A stretch of DNA of 63,922 bases, filler included, from Collodictyon triciliatum (GCA_043381765.1; 6 parts of 6 records of this genome joined end to end with filler, not necessarily neighbours in it); one strand, 5' to 3'. Positions 35,957 to 50,100 are shown, counted from the whole stretch's first letter. A program made the numbers and translations. The notes: generated by a model from the letters alone, not told the origin.

Positions 35957-38900
35957 CATTTAAGACCATCATTCCCTTGAATCGAATAAAAGGAAAAAAT
36001 CATTTGAGACCATCATGCGCTATAGAGGCAATATTTTTCTCTTTCTGTTATTTTATCCGCCACATTTAATTAATACAGTTGTGATGAAGAATCGATGAAT
36101 TGGTATGGATCCCACATATCTATATATCCATCTATCATCGATGCAGTCAAAGCTCTCATTAAGTCTGTGGCATTCTTTCTTTACAGCGAAAAGATTGATA
36201 TAGTTGGTAAACTTAAAATCACATTAAAGATGCAAATTTCTACCCTGCTCGATTCCTTTCTCGCATATATAAACCAAAGTGATTCTATTTTCAATATGAA
36301 TAAATATAGCTGAACAAATTTACCATACAATGCCCCTGTTTGAGGATTTTTTCGAAATTTTGGTAGATCTTGATGGTGATTACCAAGGTAGGTTAAATTA
36401 AACGGATCATATATTTGCTTCTTTTGTAAGATGATAAAATGATTGAAGACAAACTAAATTATTAAGAATTGACATGTTGATTAATATAAACCATTTCAAC
36501 TTGATAAAGAACCTTGCAATATGATGAATTATACGTACATCTCATAGTCCTATAAAATTACTATTGATAATGCTTTTTGTTTATCTCCCAGCACGAACAG
36601 GAAATAGCTCTGTTGCTGATAATCTTAGTTGGAGGACTAAAGTTGCGCGCTATGTAGCAAATTGTATAGATGGTGGTTTAGTGACCTCTCTTTCATTAGA
36701 AGATATAGTTGTATGTGCGCGACAGCCGACTACGAGTTCGAAGGGATTGGAGGTTGCTTACTTTTTAGCTGGATTATTCAATTCAGCGATAATTTACATG
36801 TTCTCCAGTTGAATAGCCTTTTTTTCCAAAAAAAAAAACAATAATGAAATAAATCTTCTATATGCTAGAAAATCCACCGATTTGCGGATTACATCATTCA
36901 TTTAAAGCCTGAAAATGAAAGATTCGAATATGATGGATTACTTACCAAAGTTTGATGCTATACTTTTTTTTTCCATGTATAATACTTTAATATTTTATTG
37001 TAGCGATATTATGTGCTTCTTCTTATCCAACTTACTATTACACGGTATTTGAGTAGATTGCAAATGGTCCCGTCTTTTTAAAGTCTACATTCAATGAGAG
37101 AGTAGTTTGTCGTTTGTTGCAGCTGGGATATTTTGACACTTATCTTTCACCGTAATACCTAAATCTGATTTTGTCGATTTTCTATAGCACTTTAACAATG
37201 ATACCATTTACTTAATTCATAGACACGACCTTTACGTTCCTTTTCTCACTCTTCTGCTTGAAAAGGGTGGGAGCAATGAGCTCATAGAAGGTTTAATCTT
37301 CTTTCCTTTTCCTCTCAAATACGGTGCATTTTCTTCGAGTAAAGGCATTATAAATATTTTTACCGATTTCAACCCTGAACTGTTCATAAGCATTATATGA
37401 ATACAGCTGTGTGCATGCAAATTTCATTCATGTGCTCAAATGAAGAGAAAACCCGAAAACTTGTATCAGCTGGGATTTTAACACATATTCTAAAACTCTT
37501 CTACGTAAGTGGTGAAGAGAAAGATATACATTTTCAATATAAATAAAAATAAAATAGAAAAGGAAATTTATCGATACCAAAATTTAACAGAGTACATAAA
37601 TAGGAAACAGACAGCCTCATTTTGATTTCGGCTGCAAAAGCTCTCGTAAATCTGAGCTCAAAGACGGATGCAGTCAAAGAAGGTTGTATTTCTTGAATCA
37701 CGGCTGGTATACTTGGGGGCTCATTTACCCTCACGCTATTATTGAAACTCAATTTATTCCATCATTTTGTTATAGCATTGATAAACGAGCACGATATTGG
37801 CAGCCTTCTATTATATCATTTATCTCAAAAGAATATCTCTCTCGCAACTTACTGCGCAAAAATTATCAAAAATTGTGCTACTTTGAAAGATGCTAAGCTT
37901 AAAGAACCAACAGGTATGATAGGAATATTTCATCAATGTATTTAGCTGATGCATTCAAGCATATATATATATCCCATCGATTTGCATTTAACGTAACAGG
38001 GCAATACTACTTTTTTTTTTCTTGCAGATATTCCGGTTTTACAATCCCTCCTCTCATTGCTGCAGACATGGACGATTAATTACGATGAGGAATTATTATC
38101 TTCATGTGCTTCTGCCATCTGGTAGTATGCATTACATGCATGAATTCTTATCTGAAAATTGAATGATACAATCAAGTTTGAGTACGATGATTAGTTCCAA
38201 GTCACAGCTTGACGAAGTTCAGACATGATAACTTTATCTTATATTTTCTAAATCAGGAGAGGGGGGGGTACATCAACTAGTTATACCAATATGAATGAAG
38301 ATGAAAAATAGCAACTGTGTATATTGTCATTTACACTTCAATATATGCTATGTCAATAGGAATCTTGGTAGAGGTGGCGACATAACAGCTAAACTTTTAT
38401 CTATCGGTGCTGTCACTGTTTTGTCTGACATTCTCTCGGCCGCAGAGAATAGCGCTGTTCTTGAAAAGGTGGCCTATGTTCTGATATTTTATGATAAATA
38501 CTTTCCATGCATTTAATTTTGTAAATGATGATAGTTATAATAATTAAAAAAAAGCCGTTAGTGAGAAATTAATTGCCTTCTTTCGAAATAATATGTTGGT
38601 GGTACTAAGGAAAGATAAATAATCGGAAGCTCAATTTTTTTTTATTTTGTTCAGTCACTTGTTTATTAATTTCTATCTTCAAAAAAAAAAAAAAGGAAAG
38701 GAAAATTGAATTAATTTAATATTAGGTCGCTGGTGCTATCATGGTCATCGCAGCGAATTCAAAGGAAAGTAGAATAGAATTTTATACGAAGGGCGGTCTA
38801 ACCAAGCTTTCTGACGTTTTCTTAAAATCATCAGACAAGGTAGCTATCATTTACTACTATTCACAGCTTATGTCCGAATAGAATCTCTCATTTATTAACG

Positions 38901-39269
38901 GAAACATATTTCTTTTCTTTACTTTCCTTTCTGTGGGTGCAGTATGAAATGAATTGATGTGATTCCAATTCCGATAAACATTTTAATTTCCGAAATACGA
39001 ACATTATTTATGTAAATGACACCTTATTCTCCACCGAACGAAGATAATACTGAATTAGCAATTCCTAATTCCATGGATAAATTTGCTCTCAGGGTGTGAT
39101 AAGGTCTTCGCTTAGTGCGCTTTTCTACCTATCAAAAGAAAAAAAGAATGCAAAGGCGATGATTACCCGGGGGATACATCCCGGACTCAATCGTGCATTG
39201 TCGATTCTCGGAGAAAAAGGAACCGAACTCGTGGAGAAGTTCCGAGCCAATCTGAACGACCTGGATTGA
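32535..39269 (+). CDS. Large multi-exon protein with C-terminal armadillo repeats (spans gap 33175-33753)
   Basis: ARM-like helices AAKALVNLS, CASAIWNLG, IGAVTVLSDIL, VAGAIMVIA, GGLTKLSDV, SLSALFYLS. Stop TGA at 39267-39269. The N-terminal exon chain is partly uncertain. Confidence 0.65.
34665..34748. repeat. (GTT)n microsatellite
   Basis: Direct observation, intronic. Confidence 0.95.
35352..35429 (+). mobile_element. Micro-insertion family C with 17-bp TSD
   Basis: ATGCAACAGAGAAAATT (35352-35368) + 44-nt A-tailed insert + ATGCAACAGAGAAAATT (35413-35429). Confidence 0.7.
35955..36016 (+). mobile_element. Micro-insertion family A copy 3 with 18-bp TSD (1 mismatch)
   Basis: ATCATTTAAGACCATCAT + TCCCTTGAATCGAATAAAAGGAAAAA + ATCATTTGAGACCATCAT. 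Confidence 0.75.
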
Positions 39270-39656
39270 AAACTTCTCACTTCAACCTCCCCAGAGCGAA
39301 AGCCGCAGAACAAACCAATTTGCTGCAATAAAAACAAGAAAAAAAAAGATACATACCATGGGTATAACAGGAAATTACTTAAATTCCATAATTGGTATCA
39401 ACTCCCATTACGCAACGCTGATCAATCTCGATCTCAGATGAATCAGCCCCGCACACAAAAACCGGGAAAGAAGGACGGGCAAACAGCACCAACAAACAAA
39501 TTAAGAGAGAAAAAAGAGGAGAGTATAAAGCGGCCAAGAAGAGAGGGGACAAAAAAAGAAATAAAATCGTGAGAGAAAGAGCGAGTAGAGGAACGATCCA
39601 GCCAACTGACGAAAGACTGCCGAGCAGGACAAGACGGGCCAGCCAAAGGAGTCGCG

Positions 39657-40217
39657 ATGGACGATCTGCTGCACACACCGTTCCGGACTGTGTTCCGCGC
39701 GCCGGCCGTGCGTCTGCGGCTGCCGCAGGTGAAGCGGCCCTCTGCAGGGCTGATGCTGGTGGCTGCGCTTGTGTCGTACGGGGTGATTGTCTCCGGGATT
39801 GTGTACGACGTGATCAACGAGCCGCCGTCGATCGGGTCGGTGCAGGACGCGGCCGGCCGCATCAAGCCGCAGGTTGTGATGGCGCACCGCATCAACGGGC
39901 AGTACATCATCGAGGGCTTCACGGCCGGCGGCATCATCCTCGTGGGCGGCGCGGCGCTCATCCTGCTCGATCTGCTGCACCCGCCCGCCGTCCAGACAGA
40001 GACCTCCGAGACGCTGGCCACCGCAGCCGCCTTTGGGGCCGACGACTCCGCGTCTGCCGTGATGCTCGGCTCCGTCGCCTCACGCATCGCCCAGTGGGGC
40101 GCAAACAAGCGCTACGGGCTGCTTGCCGCGGCCGTCGCCCTCCTCGTCCTCTCCTTCAACGCCGCCCTCTTTCTCCTCCGCATGAAGGTCCCCGGATACA
40201 TGCACTGGACTGCGTAG
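39657..40217 (+). CDS. OSTC: Oligosaccharyltransferase complex subunit OSTC/DC2
   Basis: Intronless ORF with SYGVIVSGIVYDVINEPPSIGS...RINGQYIIEG...FLLRMKVPGYM. Confidence 0.92.
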   Translation: MDDLLHTPFRTVFRAPAVRLRLPQVKRPSAGLMLVAALVSYGVIVSGIVYDVINEPPSIGSVQDAAGRIKPQVVMAHRINGQYIIEGFTAGGIILVGGAALILLDLLHPPAVQTETSETLATAAAFGADDSASAVMLGSVASRIAQWGANKRYGLLAAAVALLVLSFNAALFLLRMKVPGYMHWTA

Positions 40218-40664
40218 CGGCGCCTCTCTTTGCCAGGTTAAATGGAGCCACTCATGGCGAGAAAGGAAAACACGGCTGATGGGGAATGATGTTTGCCTCT
40301 TTGCTTGTTTGGACTCGATTTGGTTGTTTCTTTGTTTGTTTGATTTGATTGTTTCTTAGTTGTTTTTTCTTTCTTTTCCTTATTGCTGTTTGGGCATGTC
40401 TTTATTGACTTGTTTATTCTCGCTTCGTTGCCTCTTTGTTGTTATAATCTGTATATTCTCCCGTGCTGATGTATCGCAGGGTTTGGATTGCTTCAATAAT
40501 GTAGATTGTATTATTTTCTTTTCTCTTTGTTTTTTCTTTTTCTTTCTTCCTTGCTTCTCTTGCATCTCCTCTTCATGAGCGAGCCGTCTGTCTCTCTTTC
40601 GCATTCTTATTTTCCTCTTCTCACTTCATGGAGATAACATTTATGGTGTCCCCTCTTTGCATGC

Positions 40665-43585
40665 TCACTGCTCCTGGGGCTCCTCGTCATCCTGTGTTTT
40701 GTAGAGAAAGAGAGTTTCTGTTAGTCTTTGCGTCTGGGGATTATACACTGACAAGCATAGAACAAACAGATGCAGAGTCTGCAATCGCAAACCAGCTTGG
40801 CTCCGCCCATGCTTATGACAATCTCTTCATACGACTTGTATGTCTCCATGTTTCGCTTTAGAATGTCTGACATCGGCCCCATCAGCCGGCGGAACGTGGC
40901 CGCATCCAAGACTGCGCATTTGCACGGTCCTGTGTGATTAATATATATGAAAGGGAAGAGAAAAAAAAAACAACAAGGAATTCACTCAGCATCGACACGA
41001 AGAAGGTGTTCGAATTCGATGACTCGGTTGCTTGGAATCTTGCCAGTAAAGGCACGGCTATGAGGAAGAAGAAGAAGAAAAAAAAGGAAGGAAAAATATA
41101 TACATATCATAGACAAACCTTTTGATATGACATTAGCAGCTCGGGGTTCATTTGTGAGAAGCGCAATTTCGCCAAAGTAATCGCCATCTTTCATTTGCTT
41201 CACCTCCACAGGCGCGACGTTGGCTAACGGAAAAAGGGTCAGATATATACAGGGATATCCTCTGTGCCTCATTGCAATGAGAATTCATTTGAAAAAGAAA
41301 AAATGATGGTTGTAGAAGAGATGTTTTGACATTGGATGGTTTTCGAAAGTCTAAATACCAGATGGGCTTTTGGTCGCTATGGCTTCCCCCTAAGCACGAA
41401 ACCAGAAAGAAGTGCAAAAAAAAAAAAATGAAAGATTATTAATAGCAAATCGATAAAAACAAATTAAAAACATAATTTTAATATTCTTTGGGTAAGAACT
41501 ATGCACATTTGGAAACTGTTATGTATATGATTCGATATCTAGAAGAGAAATTCACGGTGGATTATACCTTTTCGATGATGTAGAATAGATCGCCCACATC
41601 ACCTTGCTTGATAATATATGTCCCATCTTCAAAGCTCACTATAAGCGCACAGATGTAAATATTTTCATGGGGAAAACTGAACTTATAACAAGATATTATA
41701 CACATGTTGTTATAGGGGAATAAAAAATGTACCAGGCTCCAGAGCATCTGCGATAGTATACCTTTCCCACTTTGTAAGAGTCTCTAAAAATAGACGGGAG
41801 AGAGATGAGATGAGATGAGTGAGATGAGACACAAGGGATACGATTGGTTGAAATGGAAACAACACACTTTATATGGTGTATTTTATTCAATAAAACACAA
41901 ACGAAGAATGGCGACACTTTCGAGGAAGCTTTCATAAAGTTTTCGCTTCTTTGATGTTGTGTCCATCAATATGGCACGGAATGTTTGCCGGTCAACACAC
42001 CACAAAAGACCCTCTTTTGTTGCCTGCATTAAAATAAATGGCATCATTGTACATCAGAAGACTAAAAGCTATATATGAGCAGGAAGCAATCGATAGAATG
42101 TCTGAATGTGAATGAAGTTATGAGGGTAGGAAATCATCCTTGATTAAAAAAAAAAAAGGACTGTTTCATTATTACTATGACAGTTGCTGCACGAGGGGCG
42201 TTGTACATCAGTGCGAGTTCACCAAATGAACCACCTTGATTGTAAAAAAAAATAATTGTTTATTTCATTTATTCATCATACATTAAACAGAAGTTCATTC
42301 GAGTGCATTATTTGGTTTGAAAATCGACCAAAGTATATAATGTATGTTGCTGTATTCACATTTTATTTGTCAGGCTTTGCATTCCATATTATTTATCTGT
42401 AAAGTACCTGGGCCGACAGTCAAAACCTTCTTCGGGGCACCATCAATTTTAACATAAATGTCAAACTCTCCATTGTCGATAACGTAAAAATTATCGCCCT
42501 CATCGCCTATATTTGATTTATTGTAACACAATATTGCCAGAATAATTTGAATAAGACTTCAAATTCGGTTATTTGCTCCTTTTCTTTTAGAAATTCGTAG
42601 AGAAGGGGGAAATCAATGAATGTGTTGCGTTGTGTTGGTGAGGGAGTGAAAACCTTGCTTAATTATAACATCCTCTTTCACTACTTTCTTTTCAAACATG
42701 GCATTGAGAATATCCTTTTTTTGCTCCTCATCCAAGCCTTTGAACAAAATATTTTTCTCGATGGCACGTTCAATACTTTTAACAGCCTAGTTTTCCCACC
42801 AGCAAATTAGAATGATTTATACTCCCCATATCATGGGATAATAACACAAAAATAATAAAAATAATAAAAATAAAAATAAAAATAAAAAAGTCAACGAATA
42901 GATAGGAAGAATAAAAGCTATGAAGATATAAAAAAAAATGTACGCACTAAACAGTAAAATTCGATATATCCCTACCTCTTCTGACTTTGGTATGACTTTC
43001 TTCTCCTTCAGCTCCGTTGGTGCATTCTTTGTGTTGCTTGCTTCAGATGAGACACTTCCTCTGCGAACTCTCCGATTCATCTTTTGTAGATTGGGATCTA
43101 TTTGAGGGAATCGGCAATTTATGGGTTCAACAATGAGCATTATTTTTCCTATCATCACTATTAGATTATATTCATTCTTCCCTGTTGCATCTCATAATTC
43201 TATTACAGAGGAAAATTCTACAATGACGAATGGAAAAAAGGAAGGAAGGAAGGAAGGTGACTAGAAGAAAACAAAGAAGCATGATGAAAAGAAAGAACAT
43301 CGTCATGAGAATAAATAAAAAAAAATATATGAAAACCACACCGTCTGCAGGCGGAGCAGTGGCGTCTGCGGGAGGATTTGAAGCAGGCGGCGTCTTCTGC
43401 GTTGACACAGCAGCATTTGTCTTTGCAGCCGAACTTTGGCTTTGAGACTGAGTCGCATTCTGCTTTTGGCTGAGCGATGTGTTTGAAACTGCGGGAGGAA
43501 TCGCGGTTGTGCTGGGCGGGACTGCGTTTTTGCTCGGCTCCAAAGGCTGTGTAGGAGGCGATGCCTTTGCGCAAATGCCGCCCAT
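40665..43585 (-). CDS. PKA-R: cAMP-dependent protein kinase regulatory subunit
   Basis: RRGSVSSE inhibitory site; two cNMP-binding domains ([35 protein letters not shown]); last small exon DDEEPQEQ with TGA at 40665-40667. Confidence 0.93.
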
Positions 43586-43621
43586 GCTGCGTTTTCCTTG
43601 AACTTTTCTTTTTTCTTTTCC

Positions 43622-43623
<2 letters not shown>

Positions 43624-43717
<94 letters not shown>
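43624..43717. repeat. (TTA)n microsatellite
   Basis: Direct observation. Confidence 0.95.
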
Positions 43718-43817
43718 NNNNNNNNNNNNNNNNNNNNNNNNNNNNNNNNNNNNNNNNNNNNTTAATTAATTAANNNNNNNNNNNNNNNNNNNNNNNNNNN
43801 NNNNNNNNNNNNNNNNN
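43718..43817. other. Artificial scaffold linker
   Basis: N44-TTAATTAATTAA-N44. Confidence 0.97.
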
Positions 43818-44170
43818 AACAAAAAATAAAACAACAAAAAATAAAACAACAAAAAATAAAACAACAAAAAATAAAAAATAAAACAATAAAAATAAAAAAT
43901 AAAACAACAAAAAATAAAACAACAAAAAATAAAACAACAAAAAATAAAACAATAAAAATAAAACAATAAAAAATAAAACAATAAAAAATAAAACAATAAA
44001 AAATAAAACAATAAAACAATAAAACAATAAAACAATAAAACAATAAAACAATAAAACAATAAAACAATAAAACAATAAAAAATAAAAAATAAAAAATAAA
44101 AAATAAAAAATAAAAAATAAAAAATAAAAAATAAAAAATAAAAAACAAAAAACAAAAAACAAACCAAAAC
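43818..44170. repeat. A-rich simple repeats (AAAACAAT / AAAAAAT)n
   Basis: Direct observation. Confidence 0.9.
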
Positions 44171-44195
44171 AAACGTAAAAAATGAGTTTTTATAG

Positions 44196-47100
44196 ACAAT
44201 GACAACTGGATACAGCTACCAGCCCCAGGCAGCAACTCTTCTCGAGCGTATGGATATATGCTATCTTTTCAGAATGAAACCATCACATTTGGGGGTCATT
44301 CGGGCAATGAGGAGCCCGAGGAATTGATATACTATGACCAAGGTATAAATTCTTTTGTGATCAATACAAATATAAATCAGTGTTGGTGAGCCGAGAGAAA
44401 ATTTTCGTCATGAAGCGTTATGTAGACTAATAATTATGACGGGAATATCTTAGAAATCTCCTGGTTGAGAGAAAAGACAGTAAAAATGCAGGAATGTATA
44501 CCATGCGATGAAGAAGGAGGTTACTGCATATTCGGTAGAAAGCATTTTTCAGCCTCTGTTTTTAATAATGAACTTCACATATTTGGTGGAATGAGAAAAG
44601 GGGATGTTCTTGGTGATGCTGTAATTATAGAATTGGGTACTTTTATGATTTTCTTTATCATTATGAACAAACATTCATATATGCGATTATGAACCCATTT
44701 CCTCTTGATTTCATACAAGAAGAAATATTTTGCAAACTGGAAATCATTTTGTCAATTTTAGACTCTGGAGAAATAATTTATCGAAAGAATTACGCCCTCA
44801 CTCTTCCTGACCTGCCCTTGACTATTCCGCCTCCCAAGTTCGGTGCAGCTTTTGTCAATTACGGACATAAAGTGATTATTATTGGGGGCGCCACTTCTGT
44901 CAGTAACGTGGTTAACGATGTTTGGATTTGGGATGCAGGTCGACACTCGTGCTTCTACATTCTTCTGCACTCACATGTTTGAGTAATTTGGTTTCAAATA
45001 CATAGAACTTCGAACTTGGACCGACTCGTCTATAACAAGGGAGCCTATTAGTAGGAAAGAGCCTGGATTTGGATTGCTTGATGATGAGACTTTTGTTCTA
45101 TTTGGAGGGTCTAGCGAGTATTTTAGCGAAGTTTTGTTGAATGACCTATGGCTGTTCAACATCGGTGATTTGCAGTAACTTAATATTCACATATGTTTTT
45201 ATAAAACTCGTAGATAGCACAGTATTTATCATCTTGCAATAGTAAAAGGTTATTGGACGTCTCTCTACGCTGGTTCGCTTCAAGTTGGACCGCAGCCACG
45301 TGCTGGTGCTATGGTTACCGTTTTTTCATCTAAAATATATATAAGCGGAGGACGAACCGACATTGGTATATTTGATTCTGGCATATGGATATTCAACATG
45401 GGTAAATTTTAGAGCAGCTCTTTGTATTTCGTCATAAGCAATATTACATTACAAAATTTTATATTTGGCTGTTTCTTTTGAGTTTCTTCGTTTTGATTTC
45501 CCAAGAGTAAGATTCACCATGTTTAGATAAATCGATATGGACAAGGATTGAATACAACAATCACCTTACATCCAACCAAAGACCATTCAATCGACTAGGA
45601 ATTAGAGCATTTAAATTGAACGAAAAATTGTGGATGTGGGGTGGGCAAGTTAGTTTGAGGAGTGAATCTATTTGAATCATGATATATATAATTATTTGAC
45701 AAATTATATGATTATCTAACTTTCTGATAATCGAAGTTACGGGAACTCATTTCGATATACATCAGGTGCTGCCAGGAAGTCGAAAGGTAGAGTTTTACTC
45801 GGCAGTAATTGGGGTTGACCTTGAATCAAATACAGTATCATCGAATAGAATCCACGGTGACGCCCCCGTTAGTGTTTATAATCAAAGAATGAACTATTCT
45901 TACGATAAAAAACCACACCAAATAATAATGTATTGGATGCAAAATGATGTTTCTTATTCGTAGCCTCGTCGTATATACCATAGTATGTGTGGTTATGGTA
46001 ATAAAAGTTTGAGTGTCTACGGGGGTGTCGATGTGAATGGGAAACCGATTAATGACCATTGGATTTATGACACAGGTAATCTAATGATGTATTTCCTCTC
46101 GCATGCTTTGAATTTATCTCATTCACAGTTTTTCTTCTTATTTTCTTTCCCTCTTCTTGGATAGAATCGATGGAGTGGACAAAATTCGAATACAGATCTA
46201 TCACTGAACAGCCTTTTCTGACGAATCACATGTGCAGCCAATTTAATAGCCACACTGTTTTGAATGGTGTGGAATCTATTGAAGGCCATGAAGTCTCTTG
46301 GATACTTCAGCATGGTTTAATTTTTGAATTTGAATCAACCAAGATATGCACATGTGTTTGTTTACTCGTTTTTTTTTTTTAAAAAAAAAATATTCACATT
46401 CATCTAGTTTCTATGCCACCAATTAATTAATTAATTTAACTATAAAATATTTAGAACATCACAGGCAAGCAAAATTGCTCTACTCTAATAAGTTAGTTGG
46501 ATTCGAGTCCATGACGAACGCTGGTGGTGGAATGATGAAGGGGCTAGTTGTTCAGTTTGGAGGAACAAATGGTTATTCATCAACCAATCGAGTTGTCGCA
46601 TATAAACCAGGTTCTTGTTTATTATTCCTTCGTTCTCTTTTATCTTTTATTCTTTTTTTACACAAAACAAGTCAACATATGAATAACTATAAAAAAAATA
46701 CTATTTAGGATTCTGTTCGCCTGAACCAGAAATTATACAAAGTCTTTTTGATGCGGTATCCTTCGACGATGGCAGTGGTGAAGCTATGTACTTGGAGAAC
46801 ACTAACTGCACTTGGATTCTACCATATGCAACCCATTTAATAATATCGCTGGATATCCGAGATAAGGACACGTATATACTTTTACTTCCTTTTACATCAA
46901 GAGCTATTTTAATATTATATTTTACTATGAAACTATGAGTGAAACAAATAATTACGCTAGGTTCAAATTATACCAATTGGGTGATGATAACAAGGAAATT
47001 CCAATTTTAATAAATTCAAAAACAAATTCCAAGACTGAGGCGGTTTATACATCTGTAAACGGGTTTATGATACGATTCTTCACGCCTCAAGAAGCGTTTA

Positions 47101-50100
47101 GTGATATTGATAACGCGTGTCAAGGTTGCGAGGGATTTAAAGTTACGCATGCAAGTAGGAATTCCAATGAATTCATATGTTTTTAAGCTCTATGGTATTG
47201 TGTATAACACGAATAATATCCGAATTAATCATATGCATGATAGAATGTCCAGTCAATTCGAATTTAGATCGGATATCCAAAACGTGTGAGTGCAAGGATG
47301 GTTATTCATTAGTTGAGGTATATTTCTCATATCCCAAGGACAAGAATCATTTTTATGCACCCATGATTAGATACAAAATTAATGTAGGCTTCAATATTGA
47401 TGTAAATATTTATGTAGGTGTCATGTGTCGCAGGTAACTGGATGTAATTATGATAATCATGCATAAAAACATTCAAACATACGAAAAAATTTTTGGTTGA
47501 CCAATCTGGCTCTTTTCTGATAATTCTTTGTAGATGCGGATGCTAATAAGGATAATACGATCTGGATTATCACTGGGGTCATATGTGGCCTGGTTTTAAT
47601 AGGCTCCGTGGTATTCTTTGTGCTCAGAAAGAGAATGATCGAGGGATTGAGGGGCGCAGAAAAAAAACTTTATGGAATTATCGATCCAAGTGAACTTGTG
47701 TATGGCAGAGTAATAGGGAGTGGAAGCTTTGGACAAGTGATTAATTTTGAATATCATAAAATGTAATTGTATTTTCTTCTGACTTAATGGTCATTTATGG
47801 AGGTTTTCAAAGGAGAATGGAGGGGAACTGAGGTTGCAATAAAGGTGCTTGTTCAGAAACAACTCAACAAAGAGCAAATTGAAGCCTTCAAGCGGGAAAT
47901 CTCGATTATGGTGTAAGCACAAAATATTCTCTCTTTTCTCTATGAGAAAGAAAATATAAATAATTGATATTTTCCTTGAAATACCCTGTGGTACGAATGA
48001 TAGATATTTTAACTTTAATTTTCATTTACTTAGAGAATTAAGACATCCGAACATCGTTCTGTATATGGGAGCATGCTTTCAAAGTGAAAATTTGTGTTTA
48101 GTGTGCGAGCTAATGCACCAGGGTAGCTTGTATGATGTTCTTCACGATGAACGAACAATATCATTTATTCAAAGAATACAATTTATGTCAGATATAGCCA
48201 AAGGTATAGAATCATGATTATTTATATATTGGGTGCACTTATTAATTTAAAAAATCAATTAAACATTTATATATGATATTTAGGTATGCAGTATTTGCAC
48301 ATGTCCAATCCACCTATCATTCATCGGGATTTAAAGAGTCTGAATATACTGGTATTTATTCCTATAAATAGGATATTCAAGAGGAGAATTTTTTTTAAAA
48401 TAAACTGTGATGTATGAGTATTGAATAAAATATTGATATATAATCGACAATTTATGGCAATTGAATGGCAGGTTGATGACCGAAACAGGCTCAAAGTTAG
48501 GTTTGTATTTGAATCTTTGTCCCACTCCAAACTTTGCCAACCGATTGTAGAGCAGCTTATTGATTTTTTTATTTGTATCATGTTCTAGCGATTTTGGGCT
48601 GACAACAATTCAAGGATCGAATGCTAAAGATTTGAAAATGGGAAGTTTGCTCTGGCTAGCACCTGAAGTGATTGGAGGGAAAGAATACACAGCAAGCGCA
48701 GATGTCTATAGTTTTGGTATTATTGCATGGGAAATTGTGTCGAGAAAGGACCCGTACTATGAAATAGAAAATATGTCATCTGTAGCTACACAAGTCGTCA
48801 TGAACCAGCTTCGACCTACGATGCCTCCAAACATCCCCAACGACATTCATACTTTAATTACAGAGCTATGGTCGAATGACCCACAACAACGGCCAAGCTT
48901 CCAAGAAATTTCAAAGAAGATTAGTGTTGGTTTTAATCTTTCATTTTTTTATTTCCTTCCTTATTAACTTCACGTTTTATAGCACCAAGAGTAAATATTT
49001 TTATTGCTCTATATGCTATGGCCTGATTGAGATGCAACTAATGATCGATTAATTCATTTTTTTAAAAAAATTGCAATTAGCTGCTAATGGAGTCTTCTCG
49101 AAACTCATCAAATTCATCATTTGTGGTAATTACCTGTTTTCTTTCTTTTTTTTCTTAAAAAAAAGTCTACAAGAATCCACAACTACCATTTACTTATGAT
49201 ATGACTATACTTTTGATAGATACCATCGAATAAACTATATTTTTTTTTTCATTGACAGGAGTGTTTTCTTGATTGGATTGTATTGACCTATCCGTCATGT
49301 TTATTTTTTTTAAATTTTTATAGGCGATGATGAATGAAGATGATATTTTGCCGGAAGGAAATGTCTGCGTTGTTTGCACACGTGTGTTTGGATCTGAGGA
49401 CTTTTGGGAAATGATTCCGGAATGCATGGGGGAGGCAACTATAATGCAAATCAGGATTATGAAGCAGGTTTTTTTTTTAAAAAAAATTCAGAGTTCTCTC
49501 TCTCTCTCGCAAATATCAAATTTTTCTTATATTCAATAGACGTGTAAGAAATATCAAGGTTATATCAGCCAAAATGACGGGGAAAATTTCGTGATGGTCT
49601 TCCAGGATTCCTTTCAAGCAATCAAGTAAGAATTTCAAACTTCAGCATCTTGAATAGTATTTCCTTGTTTTGGCATGATTTATTTTACTCGATTATTTCC
49701 TCTTTTTCTTAAAAAAAAATTAAAGATTACCAATAAAACAAATTAAAATTAAACGCAGATTCTGCTCTGAGGTACAAATAAAGCTTAACGAAGCTGAGTG
49801 GCCTTATGACCTCTTGCAACACGAACTAGGAAAGCCTATTTGCCAAGGAGAATTACGTGGATTAAGAATACAAATGGTATTTAATAATCTGTTATGCCAT
49901 CTTTGTATTGATTGTATTTTGTTTTATTTTGTAAATACCATACTATTAGGGCGTGGATTATGGGCTTTGTCAAACGAGGCTGGATGAAGAGACAAAACGT
50001 AGACAGTTTGGAGGAAAGGTGGATAATTCTTTTATGAGGCTCTCTTTTAATTTGATATGAACTTTTTTTTTCTTCCTTGCAGTCAATTTCGAGAGCGTTG

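Noticed and set aside
40721-40790. Cys-rich PKA-R C-terminal tail (VCDCRLCIC...) in the ORF track
   Set aside because: It is better explained as intron read-through; a GT-AG splice leads to DDEEPQEQ-stop.
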